Of a DNA stretch of 64,000 nt, positions 29,523 to 39,929 are shown one piece after another; positions within the stretch are counted from its first letter, which is position 1, and each line of letters starts with the position of its first letter. The position numbers and the translations under genes are program-made. The notes beneath the pieces were generated by a model, which searched no databases, was not told the origin of the DNA, and saw only the letters and a program-made list of their open reading frames with translations. Source of the stretch: an uncultured bacterium (GTDB taxonomy: Bacteria; Zixibacteria; MSB-5A5; CAIYYT01); contig CAVSCK010000004.1 of the NCBI GenBank assembly GCA_963726455.1, forward strand, positions 1,504,001 to 1,568,000, written 5' to 3'.

Positions 29523-30471
29523 CCGGATCTTTCCATGGCTCATCGTTGGATCCGGTATAGTCGAAGTCGCGGCTTTCGTACTTCTCCTCCTCTTTCCAAC
29601 GGTCGAGCGCATCCTTCTTGCGTTTCCGCAGCAGAATATATCCGAGAATCACGACGACGGCAAGGATGATCCAGAGTCCCATACTCTCCGACAATATACT
29701 GAAGATCGTGTATTTGTCCGCAAGGAATTGGCGATAGTCGGCTTCGAAAGCCGCAAAGGAGATTCCCAAGCCGGTACGGAAGGCATCGCTGGTTTCCCTG
29801 CCGGCGGCAAAAGCATCGAGCAGGTCGAGAAAGGCAAGCTCGCCGAAACGTTGATAGATGTAGAACACGACAAGATAGCTTTGAGAGTACGCCAGATTCG
29901 CCTGCGCTTCACGGAAACTGTTAACGTCGTCGATCTTGCTAAGAGGCAATATCGATTTCGTGAGTTGCGCCGACGCCACGGTAGTTACATTCGAGAAGGT
30001 CCACTCACCGGCAAACCAGGAGGCGAATCCCTCATCGATGAAACGCGGAATGTGGGCTCCGTGCACGCGCAAGTGCAGAGCGATATGAGCCAATTCGTGT
30101 TCCAGCAGGTCGGCCATCGAACCGGGATAGCGGTTCATCATTGGCCGACGCAGGAGGATAAGATCGCGCCCCGGCACAGCGGCTCCGGCACCCCAATCGG
30201 GCATCCGTCCGCCGGCCAGCGAATCAAACTGCTGCTGGGTTTCGACGACGGCCACGGTGAGCGTGTCGGGAAGCTGGACGTCGAGCAGCTTGACCAGTCG
30301 CACCGATGCTACGTTGAGAATCAGGCGCATCTGTTCCGATTGGCGCTGATCGCTGTTTACGACATCGAAGTATGTCGCCCGGGCAGAACTGCTGAGCAAC
30401 ACGAGAGCCAGAATGGCTAGAGCAATTCGCTTCACGTGATCAATATACGCCAAAGAGCGTTGTATCATCAA
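29482..30471 (-). CDS. Peptidase MA-like zinc metalloprotease with C-terminal TM anchor
   Basis: Signal peptide, HELAH...FIDEGFA, AYSQS, TM near C-terminus. Confidence 0.82.
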   Translation of the reverse strand: MMIQRSLAYIDHVKRIALAILALVLLSSSARATYFDVVNSDQRQSEQMRLILNVASVRLVKLLDVQLPDTLTVAVVETQQQFDSLAGGRMPDWGAGAAVPGRDLILLRRPMMNRYPGSMADLLEHELAHIALHLRVHGAHIPRFIDEGFASWFAGEWTFSNVTTVASAQLTKSILPLSKIDDVNSFREAQANLAYSQSYLVVFYIYQRFGELAFLDLLDAFAAGRETSDAFRTGLGISFAAFEADYRQFLADKYTIFSILSESMGLWIILAVVVILGYILLRKRKKDALDRWKEEEKYESRDFDYTGSNDEPWKDPDDSDDSENFSSPR

Positions 30472-31023
30472 TCAGTCAGTGGGATGGATTGTGCGCGGAA
30501 GTGGCAAGTCGACGTTCTCGCCGTTGAGGCGAACTATTCGGCCGGGCGTTCCGACTACGGTGGCGTTATCAGGCACGTCGCACATATAGATGAAGGTGTT
30601 GGCGCCGATGGAGACGTTGTTGCCGATGCTGACCGGGCCGAGAATAATCGCGCCCGTGCCGACGAGGACATTGTTTCCCAAGGTCGGGTGGCGTTTGCCG
30701 GCGTGCTTGCCGGTTCCGCCCAGAGTCACGTTATGGAACAACACACAGTTTTCACCGATTTGAGTGGTTTCGCCGACGACCAGTCCCATGCCGTGATCGA
30801 TGAACAGCCCCTTGCCAAGCGTGGCGCCGGGATGAATTTCGATACCGGTGAAGAATCGTGTGATTTGAGAGATCACACGGGCGAAAAATCTGAGCTTCCA
30901 CTTGTACAGACGGTGCGCCAGACGCTGCCAGATAATGGCGTGCAAGCCCGCGTAAAGTATCGGTTCCAGACCACGCGCGGCGGGGTCATTGCGGTAGATG
31001 GCTTTGAAGTCGTCCCAGATCAT
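30472..31023 (-). CDS. cysE: Serine O-acetyltransferase
   Basis: [34 protein letters not shown]. Confidence 0.93.
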   Translation of the reverse strand: MIWDDFKAIYRNDPAARGLEPILYAGLHAIIWQRLAHRLYKWKLRFFARVISQITRFFTGIEIHPGATLGKGLFIDHGMGLVVGETTQIGENCVLFHNVTLGGTGKHAGKRHPTLGNNVLVGTGAIILGPVSIGNNVSIGANTFIYMCDVPDNATVVGTPGRIVRLNGENVDLPLPRTIHPTD

Positions 31024-31058
31024 GTATTATTTATCATCGGCAATAGTTGCCTCACCTT

Positions 31059-33380
31059 TCAATCTTTCGGCAACAGCGCGTCGAGCTTAATATATGCCGT
31101 GTCGGCCCCACCGGTGACGTGGAATACTGCTTTGCCAACCGACCGATTGCCGGCCAGACCGGCCGCCTCAGGAGATTCAACCAGCGTTTTCGCGTCATCC
31201 TTGGAAAGCGTACGTGTAACCCGGCAGTCAAATTCACCGTTCAGGTCGACCGCACCTTCGACTTGATATACGAGCTTGCCCGACTTGATATTGAGTGGCG
31301 CCAGACGCAGAGACCGATTCTCCAACTGAAATGAGGCCTGTAATTCGTCGAATTCATCATGCTTGAGAGACTCGATTCCATACTGATTGGCTAGAACGTT
31401 GAGAGCCGAGATTCCCACTATTTTGCCGTCCTCGAGCTTCGCCTTGCCCGCCGCCCACAGCGTCGGAAGGACTTCCGAGGATGTCAATCCCCTGCCCTTC
31501 AACGCAAACTCCAGATCGGCGCGTCCATACAAATGGTTCTGAAAGTGCGTAAGTCCGGAGAGGAAATCGTTGATCTCTAGGTCGGTTTCCGCGTATTCGA
31601 CCTCGAATTCTGGAGTCGATAGGTCGTTCATGTCTATTACGACGTCGAACATGCCCGGCTTGTCGAATACGACACAGGCCACGGAATCGGAATACATGAT
31701 CCGGTTGACGACGGTAACATTCGATCGCAGATTCATGAGCGACACTCCCCCGGCGGATAAGCTGTCGATCTGCAGAGTTCCACGAGAGTCAAAATCAAAG
31801 AAGTAATCAAGCAAATGCAGAAGTGATGTCGTATCGCCCGCACCGCCGTATCCGCCACTGAGGATGGCAAGGTCAAGCGTGTCAGCACCGGCAGTGAAAT
31901 CAAAACGGGGTCGCTTATGTGGCTGTCCTTTTGTTGCCAGGTACTGGGCAAAATCCGTGATCTTACCCGTTAGTTGCAGTGCATTGCCGCCGACGGAGAC
32001 GTCAAATCGCGACAACTCCGCGTCATTGCCGCTCAGATTAAGATCGACATTGAGTGGATTGATTGCTGGCGCTCCGCTCGCGTCCTCGTAGGAAAGATTC
32101 GCCAGCGACAAATTGCCGTAGAAGCGGGACTGCTCACGGTCGGACGATTTCACAAAGCCCGAAAGCGAGGTCGTCACATCGCCTGCCAGATGAACGTCTT
32201 TGTCGACTCGCAGCAACTGGCCTAACACGCGGGCATCACAGGCAATTCGCATCTCACCAGAGAAAGTGGGTTCGCGATAATTGTCGATGGCCAATCGCAA
32301 CAGCGCCGGCGCCGCTCCGATGGCGGCTTCCTCGGTGAAAAACGACAGCGACTGCTCATTAAAATCACTCTCTACGAGCCGAGCTTTGAGATTCACATCG
32401 GTATCCGGCAACTTGGCGGTGGCGTCAGTCCAGGTGATCTTGCCGCGAACCGTGGTCGTTTTGGTGTCGCTAATATCGCCGCGCAGGTTGATGTCGATCC
32501 GCAGGTCGCCGCCAAGAATCATCCCGCGCAGAAACGGGTAGGCCGCTACGATACGTGAATCGCCACAGTCGGCAAGATTCGTATGCTCCGAAATCACGTG
32601 CACATTGAGATAGGGCTGGCTGGTCGGCTTGGCGACAGCGCCATCGAGGCGGCCGCGTATTTTGTCAATACGCCAGTCGCAACGATTGATCACCAGTGAA
32701 TCTGAAGTTAATGAGTAGTTGCCACTCCAACTAACTTCCGCCGCCGAGGAACTCATCAGAAAGTTTCCCAGCGGTGACCAGGAAAATAACGAGTCGATGC
32801 TCACGTCGCCTGCGATTGACGGCTCGGAGCCACTTCCAACTTCCAGGTCGGCGTTGACGTTGCCAAGAACCAAACGGTTTCCGGTGGAATCATTTCGGTA
32901 TAACAGACGCGCGTTCCGCAAGCTGACCTGGCGACAGAAAAGCTCATCGTCAGTTCGTCCGCGCACGGCCTGACGGACACGATCCAGTGACAGCGCGCCA
33001 AAGTTATTTGTGCCCACTGAATCCTTGGCCAAATATACTTGCCCACCTTGTATGCTGATCTCTTTCAGCCGAACACTGCCGACCAGCAGGGGGAGCAACT
33101 TGACTTTGGCATCAATGGAAGTTGCGCTCGCCAAAGGTTGGCCGGTAAACGGCGGCGGGTTGAGCACTTTTATGTCATGTACGCGGAGGCCGACCCCGGA
33201 AAAGATTGTCAATTCCGAATTGCCAATCTGGACGGGCTGCTCGAAGATGCTTTCGATTCGGGGTGTTATTTGCGCTGCAATTGCCGCCGGCGACAGTAAT
33301 AACTTGATCAGGACAACGGCGACAACACACAGCGCCACAAGCACTACGGCCGACCACAAGAGCACCTTCTTGAAATTCAT
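31059..33380 (-). CDS. AsmA family lipid-transport protein
   Basis: N-terminal TM, VKLLPLLVGSV, repeated beta-groove pattern. Confidence 0.8.
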   Translation of the reverse strand: MNFKKVLLWSAVVLVALCVVAVVLIKLLLSPAAIAAQITPRIESIFEQPVQIGNSELTIFSGVGLRVHDIKVLNPPPFTGQPLASATSIDAKVKLLPLLVGSVRLKEISIQGGQVYLAKDSVGTNNFGALSLDRVRQAVRGRTDDELFCRQVSLRNARLLYRNDSTGNRLVLGNVNADLEVGSGSEPSIAGDVSIDSLFSWSPLGNFLMSSSAAEVSWSGNYSLTSDSLVINRCDWRIDKIRGRLDGAVAKPTSQPYLNVHVISEHTNLADCGDSRIVAAYPFLRGMILGGDLRIDINLRGDISDTKTTTVRGKITWTDATAKLPDTDVNLKARLVESDFNEQSLSFFTEEAAIGAAPALLRLAIDNYREPTFSGEMRIACDARVLGQLLRVDKDVHLAGDVTTSLSGFVKSSDREQSRFYGNLSLANLSYEDASGAPAINPLNVDLNLSGNDAELSRFDVSVGGNALQLTGKITDFAQYLATKGQPHKRPRFDFTAGADTLDLAILSGGYGGAGDTTSLLHLLDYFFDFDSRGTLQIDSLSAGGVSLMNLRSNVTVVNRIMYSDSVACVVFDKPGMFDVVIDMNDLSTPEFEVEYAETDLEINDFLSGLTHFQNHLYGRADLEFALKGRGLTSSEVLPTLWAAGKAKLEDGKIVGISALNVLANQYGIESLKHDEFDELQASFQLENRSLRLAPLNIKSGKLVYQVEGAVDLNGEFDCRVTRTLSKDDAKTLVESPEAAGLAGNRSVGKAVFHVTGGADTAYIKLDALLPKD

Positions 33381-33536
33381 CGAGGGGCAAAGTAAACAAA
33401 TCGCCGATACGCCGCCACAAATAAACCTCTGACATAACCCGGTGAAGCCCAGACTGCGAAAACGCTTGCCACTTCAGCCATGGTCGAGGTACCTTTCCGG
33501 TGGTACAAGAAGTAAGGAGCTACATCGAGGTCAGCA

Positions 33537-34295
33537 ATGGATATACAATTTCGCGATTACTTCCTGAAACGCTGGAAGCAATACTTTCCCGGCGCCGAAT
33601 TGCCGATAGCGTTCTATTACACTGATGATGCGAGCCGCGCACCGGTTATGCGCGATCCGAATGAATGGGTCTGTTTCATCGGGCAGATGAATAAGATCAG
33701 ACACGGTGAGGCAATGGCGTTTCCGGGTAGTGCGCTTACCTGTGGCGGCAGTAAACGCTATCTCGGTTACACCAAGAATCTGCGCCGCAATTTCGAGTAC
33801 TTCCTGTCTTACGGAATTGAAGGCGAGATGGAAGGCGAGCGCTACAAGAAGACGCCGGAACTGGTGATGCAGCAACTCGACGATCATCCCGCTTACGACG
33901 CGCCCGGCAAGCACCTCGTTTGCAAGCGCTGGGATCTATTGAATGAGAAGGATGAGCCACAAGTCGTGGTCTTCTTTGCGGCGGCATACGCGTTGGCGGG
34001 ATTGTTCACACTCGCCAACTACGACGAGCCGTCATCGCAGGGTGTCATCGCGCCATTTGGCGCAGGTTGCGCGTCGATTATCTACTTCCCTTACATGGAA
34101 GGCAAATCGGATCATCCGCGCGCCGTGCTAGGAATGTTTGACGTGTCCGCCCGCCCGTATGTCGAACCCGGCACGTTGACAATGGGAGTGCCGTGGCAGA
34201 AATTCGTCACGATGGTTAACAACATGGATGAGAGTTTTCTGATTACCGATTCCTGGGATAAAGTCAGACAGCAGATGGCGAAGTCGGCGGGTTAG
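33537..34295 (+). CDS. DUF169 family protein
   Basis: ELPIAFYY, GERYKKTPE, PFGAGC, LGMFDVSAR. Confidence 0.8.
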   Translation: MDIQFRDYFLKRWKQYFPGAELPIAFYYTDDASRAPVMRDPNEWVCFIGQMNKIRHGEAMAFPGSALTCGGSKRYLGYTKNLRRNFEYFLSYGIEGEMEGERYKKTPELVMQQLDDHPAYDAPGKHLVCKRWDLLNEKDEPQVVVFFAAAYALAGLFTLANYDEPSSQGVIAPFGAGCASIIYFPYMEGKSDHPRAVLGMFDVSARPYVEPGTLTMGVPWQKFVTMVNNMDESFLITDSWDKVRQQMAKSAG

Positions 34296-34348
34296 CAGCT
34301 CTTCCCTATTCGAACTATTGCGTGGCACTATCAAAGTCGCAATATGAC

Positions 34349-35029
34349 CTAGATTTCGATACTGTCACCCGACTTCATTATAATGCACTCAGTCGGTTTG
34401 CCCTTCAACATGTCCGCAAATTTTTCAGGATCCTGCTTGATGATGTCGAAAGTGTTGTAATGCATCGGCACAACCTTCTTCGGTTTGAGGAAGTCGACTG
34501 CCTTGGCGGCATCGACAGGCCCCATCGTGAAGTTGTCGCCGATAGGAAGAAGCGCCAGGTCGAGGGGATGCATCTCGCCAATAAGCTGCATGTCCAAAAA
34601 GAGTCCGGTGTCGCCCGCGTGGTAAATGGTCTTGCCGCCGATGTTCACGATCAGTCCGGCCGGATTGCCGCCGTAATCGTTGGGATTTTCGAGCGTCGAA
34701 CCATGATGGGCGATCGTTAACTTGACCCAGCCAAAAGGAAACTTGAAACTGCCACCGATGTGCAGCGGATGCGATGTCAATCCTTGCCGGGTGGCGTACT
34801 GGCTAAGTTCATAATTCGTAATGACGGTGGCCTTGTTGCGTCCGGCAACGAGTGCGGTGTCGCCCCAATGGTCGCCGTGACCGTGTGAGACCAGCACGTA
34901 ATTGACCTTGACGTTTTCCGGTTTCACTTTCGCCATTGGATTGCCATTCAGAAACGGGTCGATGATCAGGTTGTATTCCCCGGAACCGATTTCGAAACAG
35001 GAATGGCCGTGGTATGTTACCTTGGTCAC
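34349..35029 (-). CDS. UPF0173 metallo-beta-lactamase-fold hydrolase
   Basis: HGHSCF, SHGHGDH, YHAGDT, PIGDNFTM, PMHYNTF. Confidence 0.92.
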   Translation of the reverse strand: MTKVTYHGHSCFEIGSGEYNLIIDPFLNGNPMAKVKPENVKVNYVLVSHGHGDHWGDTALVAGRNKATVITNYELSQYATRQGLTSHPLHIGGSFKFPFGWVKLTIAHHGSTLENPNDYGGNPAGLIVNIGGKTIYHAGDTGLFLDMQLIGEMHPLDLALLPIGDNFTMGPVDAAKAVDFLKPKKVVPMHYNTFDIIKQDPEKFADMLKGKPTECIIMKSGDSIEI

Positions 35030-35106
35030 TTCAGGTTACCTCCTATTTTCGCTACGCCAAAAGGACACGCATTACCTACGTCGTGGAAAAGGGCCGTCAT
35101 TGGTGC

Positions 35107-36255
35107 TCAGACAAAATCGGGACAAAGTGAGGTCGCGATCAAATCAGAGCGAAACATGCCGCGCGGAGTCAGCCGAATGTGGTCATCCGCGATGGAGAGA
35201 TCGCCAACTTCAGACAGTTTCGCAAGGAGTTTGCCTCGGACCGCGAGGATGTCATAACCGAAGCTTTCACGCAGGTCCCTGGCGTCAAGGCCGCTGGTCA
35301 ATCTCAGAGACAGCATGATCGTTTCCAGCAGACGTTTGCTGCGCGTAATGTCCTCGATTTCGTGCGGCGGCCAATGTCCATGCGACAGATTGCTGATATA
35401 GCCGGGCAGATCGGGCTCATTGCGAATCCGTTTGCCATTTAGTGTCGCGACGGCAGCGGGTCCGAACGCGTAGTAATCTTCCTGTTGCCAATAGGCGAGA
35501 TTGTGGTGGCATTCGTACCCGGGCAGCGCAAAATTGGATATTTCATAGTGGCGGTAGCCGTGGCCTTCCAGATACCGCACTGCCTTTTCATATCGGTCGG
35601 CGACAACATCATCACTCGGCAATGACACCAAACCGCGCAACACTTGATCGTGCAGCGGAACTTCGCCTTCAAGCGTCAAGAGATAAAGTGACAGATGCTT
35701 GGGCTGGAGTGACAGGGCCGTCTCAAGGTCGGTGCTCATACTGGCGTCCGACTCATCCGGCAGGCCGTAGATCAGATCGAGGGAGATATTCTCGAAACCA
35801 ACTTCGCGCGCATCAGAAACTGCCTGCTGCACTTGCTCGGCTGTATGGAGCCGACCCAGGCGTTCCAGATTGTCCGGCTGAAACGACTGTACGCCGAAAG
35901 ACACGCGATTGACTTTGAGATCCTTCAGAATGCGAAGTTTCTCCAGAGAGGCAGACTCAGGATTGGCCTCGACCGAAATCTCGCAACCGTTGTTGAAATC
36001 GAAGTAGTTCGCGAGGGCAGCGAAGGTCCGCTTCCACGAATCGCCCGACAACGTTGTTGGCGTGCCGCCGCCAAAGTAAAGGGTCTTGAGCGGGGCGGGA
36101 AGGCCGCGCTCATCGGACATGCGCCGCGCAATCTCCGATGAAAGCGCTTCGACGTAACGCTGCTCCGTAGCGGAATCATACAGGATACTGTAGAAATCAC
36201 AGTAGGAACAGAATCCCGCGCAAAACGGAACATGGACATAACAGGATGTCGCCAT
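35107..36255 (-). CDS. hemW: Radical SAM heme chaperone HemW
   Basis: YVHVPFCAGFCSYCDF, YFGGGTP, HYEISNF, HNLAYW; start ATG 36255. Confidence 0.92.
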   Translation of the reverse strand: MATSCYVHVPFCAGFCSYCDFYSILYDSATEQRYVEALSSEIARRMSDERGLPAPLKTLYFGGGTPTTLSGDSWKRTFAALANYFDFNNGCEISVEANPESASLEKLRILKDLKVNRVSFGVQSFQPDNLERLGRLHTAEQVQQAVSDAREVGFENISLDLIYGLPDESDASMSTDLETALSLQPKHLSLYLLTLEGEVPLHDQVLRGLVSLPSDDVVADRYEKAVRYLEGHGYRHYEISNFALPGYECHHNLAYWQQEDYYAFGPAAVATLNGKRIRNEPDLPGYISNLSHGHWPPHEIEDITRSKRLLETIMLSLRLTSGLDARDLRESFGYDILAVRGKLLAKLSEVGDLSIADDHIRLTPRGMFRSDLIATSLCPDFV

Positions 36256-36367
36256 ACTTACAAGATAAATAGGGTCAAGTCTACTGCAAACCATTTGTTA
36301 TACGCTGTTTCGAGCCCAAGCAGTTAGCCCTTGATTTAAGGGAACGTGTTTGGTATCTATTTAAGCT

Positions 36368-38548
36368 ATGAAAGCAGGCGCCACAGCCGGCAAACGCACA
36401 CGACTTAGTCCCACTACCTGGGCGCTGATCATTTTTTCGGCGGCCTTTCTGGTGCGCTTGTTGCACCTCCTCGGCTACTATGCTACGCCGCTGTTCAAGT
36501 ACCTGACCTCTGATTCACTGTTCTATTATCAGGTCGCCACCGAGATCGCCAATGGCCATGCGGTTGGCGACATGATTCTGTTGAAGGCGCCGCTTTATCC
36601 TTATCTCCTGGCGACATTCATCACGATCTTCGGTCCGAATCCGCTCTCACCGTTATTGTTCCAGAATATCGTAGGCGCCTTCGCCTGCGTCATGATCTAT
36701 CTCATTGCGCGCAAGTACTACTCAAATAGAGTTGCAGTGACGGCCGGGCTGGCGGCTGCGGTCTACGGCACGCTGATCTTCTTTGACAACGAATTGGTAC
36801 CCTTTTCGCTCGCGCTCACTTTGAATCTTGTCGCCCTCTGGCAGCTAACGCTCTTTGAGTCTGATCGTGCCAGAAAGCGATTGATAATTTCGGGATTGCT
36901 TGTCGGCCTGTCGGCGGTGCTTAATCCGGCAATCCTATTGTTCGCGGTAGTTGTCGTATTCTGGTTGCACCAGCGAGTGTCCGAAAATCGCAAACAGTGG
37001 CTGCAGCAGTTAATCCCATTCCTGATAGGCATACTGATCTTCCTGGTACCGGCAGCCGCGCGCAATGCGTTTTCCGGCGAGGCGCTCTTGTTCAAGACTT
37101 ACGCCGGCGTGAATTTCGCCGCCGACAACAACCCGCAGGCGAAAGGCGGCGCCCCGGTGTTCGCGGCTGATTCAGGTGGCGTCGGCCAAGGTCTCGAAGC
37201 TGCCGCTACGATCGCCAGTAAACAAGCCGGCACGAAGCTGACCACGTCGGAGTCGGGTTCCTATTGGTTCAAGGAAGGAATCGGCTACGTCTTTTCGCAT
37301 CCGATATCGTGGCTGGGACTTGAAGTTCGCAAGGCCGCCAATCTGGTCTCCGGCTATGAACTCCCGAAAGACCGTCAGGTGTATTTCTCCGCCGAACGTA
37401 GCGGCGTTCTCAAGTTTTTCCTCTGGGACAAGATTTTGGCGTTCCCGTTCGGGTTGATCCTTCCCTTTGCTTTGTTGGCGCCGCTCGCAGCAGCTCCCCT
37501 GAGAAAAGACAAGAGACAATGCGTGATCATCGGCTATGTGTTGTCATTCGGAATCATGATGCTGTTGTTCACGGTGACGGCTCGTTATCGCGCGATCGTG
37601 GTTCCAATAATTTTGATCTGGGCAGCCGCCGGATTCTGGGCGCTGGTCCGCAAATATCAAGAGAAGGATTTCAAATCATTTTATAAGCAGCTTACCATTT
37701 TCGCCGTTGCGCTGGTAATCTGCAATGGCCTCGCGTACATCCCCCAATTGACGCAGCGGGGTGAATCGGAATTCGAGGGATATCTTTTCACCGGCAGCGC
37801 TTATCTCGGTTCCGGGCAATATGCTGATGCGGAACAGGAATTCTTCCAGGCCGTAACTCTCAATCCGCGATCACCGGCTGGATTTATCAACCTGGGATTG
37901 ACCTACGAGAAAATGGGAAAAGATTCATCCGCCGCCGAGTTTTACAAGCGCGCCGTCGCCGCCGACCCATCGTCGGAATTGGCGAAGCGTTCATTAGCGG
38001 GAGTCTATCACCGGCGCGACCGCATCAAGGAACTGGCCGACCTGGTAGTTGCCGAGATCAAGAAGAATCCCCGGGCCGCCTGGGCGTACATAGAGTATGG
38101 CTATGTTCACGAGGTTCTCAAAGAATATTCGATTGCGGTGGAGCAGTACGAACTGGCATTTCAGGCGGATTCGACCAATCCGGAACCGATCTTTCTCGAA
38201 GCCAATTGCTTCCTGAATGCCGACATGCGTCTGGAGGCGGCGGAACAGTATCAGCGTTTCCTCAAGTACGTTCCCAACTCGATCGAAGCGCACGCGAATC
38301 TTGGGCAGATTTACGCCCGCCAGAACAAGCTCGATCAGGCGCTCAGCCAATTTCAGATGGTCGCCAATGCCCAGCCCAACAATCCGGCGGGATACTTCAA
38401 CCTGGCTTCATTAAATCTACAAATGGGCAACTTCGACAAAGCTGAAGAGCTGCTGAACCGCACCGTGGCCCTCGATCCGCAGTTCCCCGGCATCGACCAA
38501 CTCCGGCAGATGATTGAAAGTGAGAAGCGAGCCACAAAGGAGAATTAG
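36368..38548 (+). CDS. GT-C (PMT/ArnT-like) glycosyltransferase with C-terminal TPR repeats
   Basis: D..FY, APLYPYLLA, about 12 TM segments, ARYR, TPR tail. Confidence 0.82.
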   Translation: MKAGATAGKRTRLSPTTWALIIFSAAFLVRLLHLLGYYATPLFKYLTSDSLFYYQVATEIANGHAVGDMILLKAPLYPYLLATFITIFGPNPLSPLLFQNIVGAFACVMIYLIARKYYSNRVAVTAGLAAAVYGTLIFFDNELVPFSLALTLNLVALWQLTLFESDRARKRLIISGLLVGLSAVLNPAILLFAVVVVFWLHQRVSENRKQWLQQLIPFLIGILIFLVPAAARNAFSGEALLFKTYAGVNFAADNNPQAKGGAPVFAADSGGVGQGLEAAATIASKQAGTKLTTSESGSYWFKEGIGYVFSHPISWLGLEVRKAANLVSGYELPKDRQVYFSAERSGVLKFFLWDKILAFPFGLILPFALLAPLAAAPLRKDKRQCVIIGYVLSFGIMMLLFTVTARYRAIVVPIILIWAAAGFWALVRKYQEKDFKSFYKQLTIFAVALVICNGLAYIPQLTQRGESEFEGYLFTGSAYLGSGQYADAEQEFFQAVTLNPRSPAGFINLGLTYEKMGKDSSAAEFYKRAVAADPSSELAKRSLAGVYHRRDRIKELADLVVAEIKKNPRAAWAYIEYGYVHEVLKEYSIAVEQYELAFQADSTNPEPIFLEANCFLNADMRLEAAEQYQRFLKYVPNSIEAHANLGQIYARQNKLDQALSQFQMVANAQPNNPAGYFNLASLNLQMGNFDKAEELLNRTVALDPQFPGIDQLRQMIESEKRATKEN

Positions 38549-38700
38549 CTCCCTCTTCAATTGCGCCGGGTAGCTCTTCTGAACATCGCACATTCTGTAA
38601 TTATTCCTTGCGCGCTCTGCGAAAACGACGTAGATTGTTTCTGGAATTTACGTTGATCTCCCTATCGCGCAGAAGGTACCACACGCTAAAGGAGGCAATC

Positions 38701-39339
38701 ATGATCGTCCGCATTCTCATCCTCTTATTCATTGGCCTGATAACGCTGACTCTCGACCTACGGGCCGGGCAACCGATTTACTCATTGGCAGGAGGAATAG
38801 GTCTCCCGTCGCAACCGGCAGACTTGAACCGATATTGGAAGGGAGGCTGGCATCTAGCCGGTGGTATCGCGTATCCGCTAACGAAAAAACTATCAGTTGG
38901 AGGACATTTAGCTTACAGCCACATGCCATCCGATGCTGAGGCCGTCTTGAGGGATCTAGGTGATCAAGCCCCCTACATTCGGGTAGAGTCCAAATCATCG
39001 GCGATTCTGACAGTAACTGGGCGAGCCAAGCTAAATTTTGTTGTGCCTGCTCGGTCCACACCGCTTTCCCCATATTTCTTCGGATCACTCGGCTGGTTTC
39101 GACTCACAGAGGGAGGTTGGGAAGTTACTTCAATCACCAGCCCAGATGGCGACGGCCATGTTCGACGCTGGTTTGGACTTGTGGAGTCGGTAATCGGAAC
39201 CGAATTTGGCGCGGGCATGGATGTCTATTTGAAGGGATGGCTGTCTACGTTTGTAGAGGTTGGGGCCGGCATCAGTTTCACAAAGAAAATAACTTATGTT
39301 GAATGGGTTCCGATCAGGTTGGGTATCTCGATTCATTAG
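38701..39339 (+). CDS. Small outer-membrane beta-barrel protein
   Basis: SD ggagg, signal peptide, alternating strands, SPYFFG, PIRLGISIH end. Confidence 0.7.
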   Translation: MIVRILILLFIGLITLTLDLRAGQPIYSLAGGIGLPSQPADLNRYWKGGWHLAGGIAYPLTKKLSVGGHLAYSHMPSDAEAVLRDLGDQAPYIRVESKSSAILTVTGRAKLNFVVPARSTPLSPYFFGSLGWFRLTEGGWEVTSITSPDGDGHVRRWFGLVESVIGTEFGAGMDVYLKGWLSTFVEVGAGISFTKKITYVEWVPIRLGISIH

Positions 39340-39348
39340 GATTAGTCG

Positions 39349-39858
39349 ATGGTTTCGAGAAATAGTATTCTTTTGCTCATCATAATCGTTTGTCTCACCT
39401 GTGCGTCACTGAGTTGTAACGAAAGGAGCGTTGCCGTAAGAGGCGAGATTCCCAACTACCCGAAGGCAGGCAGCTTCGCATGGGTAAACAGCTCGGTGAT
39501 CTATGATACAGCGATTGTCAAGAAACCAGTGTCGCTAATAGTCTTCACGGCCTTCCCGAACGAGTACTGTGATTCTCTCCTGAACAAGTCGCTTCGCGAT
39601 TCGACAGTGATGGGGATAATAGACAAGTGGTATAATGCCTGCATTATCGACGGACATTCAGACAGCCTGATCTCTGTACGGGATACACTTGTTCCCTGCA
39701 GGTACGCTGCAAGGTACATATTTGAAGTCAGCGCATACCCCATAACTCTAGTGTTGGACCGCAATGGCAATGTGTATGATAGACTACCGGGCTACATTTG
39801 GCCGGAAGCATACGCGGCTGTTCTTTACCAGGACTATCTGGATCTGAAAGACCAGTGA
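39349..39858 (+). CDS. Thioredoxin-fold lipoprotein without an intact CXXC
   Basis: LSC lipobox; KKPVSLIVFTA...YC, VSAYPITLVLD, RLPGY. Confidence 0.6.
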   Translation: MVSRNSILLLIIIVCLTCASLSCNERSVAVRGEIPNYPKAGSFAWVNSSVIYDTAIVKKPVSLIVFTAFPNEYCDSLLNKSLRDSTVMGIIDKWYNACIIDGHSDSLISVRDTLVPCRYAARYIFEVSAYPITLVLDRNGNVYDRLPGYIWPEAYAAVLYQDYLDLKDQ

Positions 39859-39929
39859 CTGTGAAGTCTTAGGTGGGCAAACGGCATCAATGCCGCCGGG
39901 AAATCTCTCGAAAAGCGGTACAAACGTAA

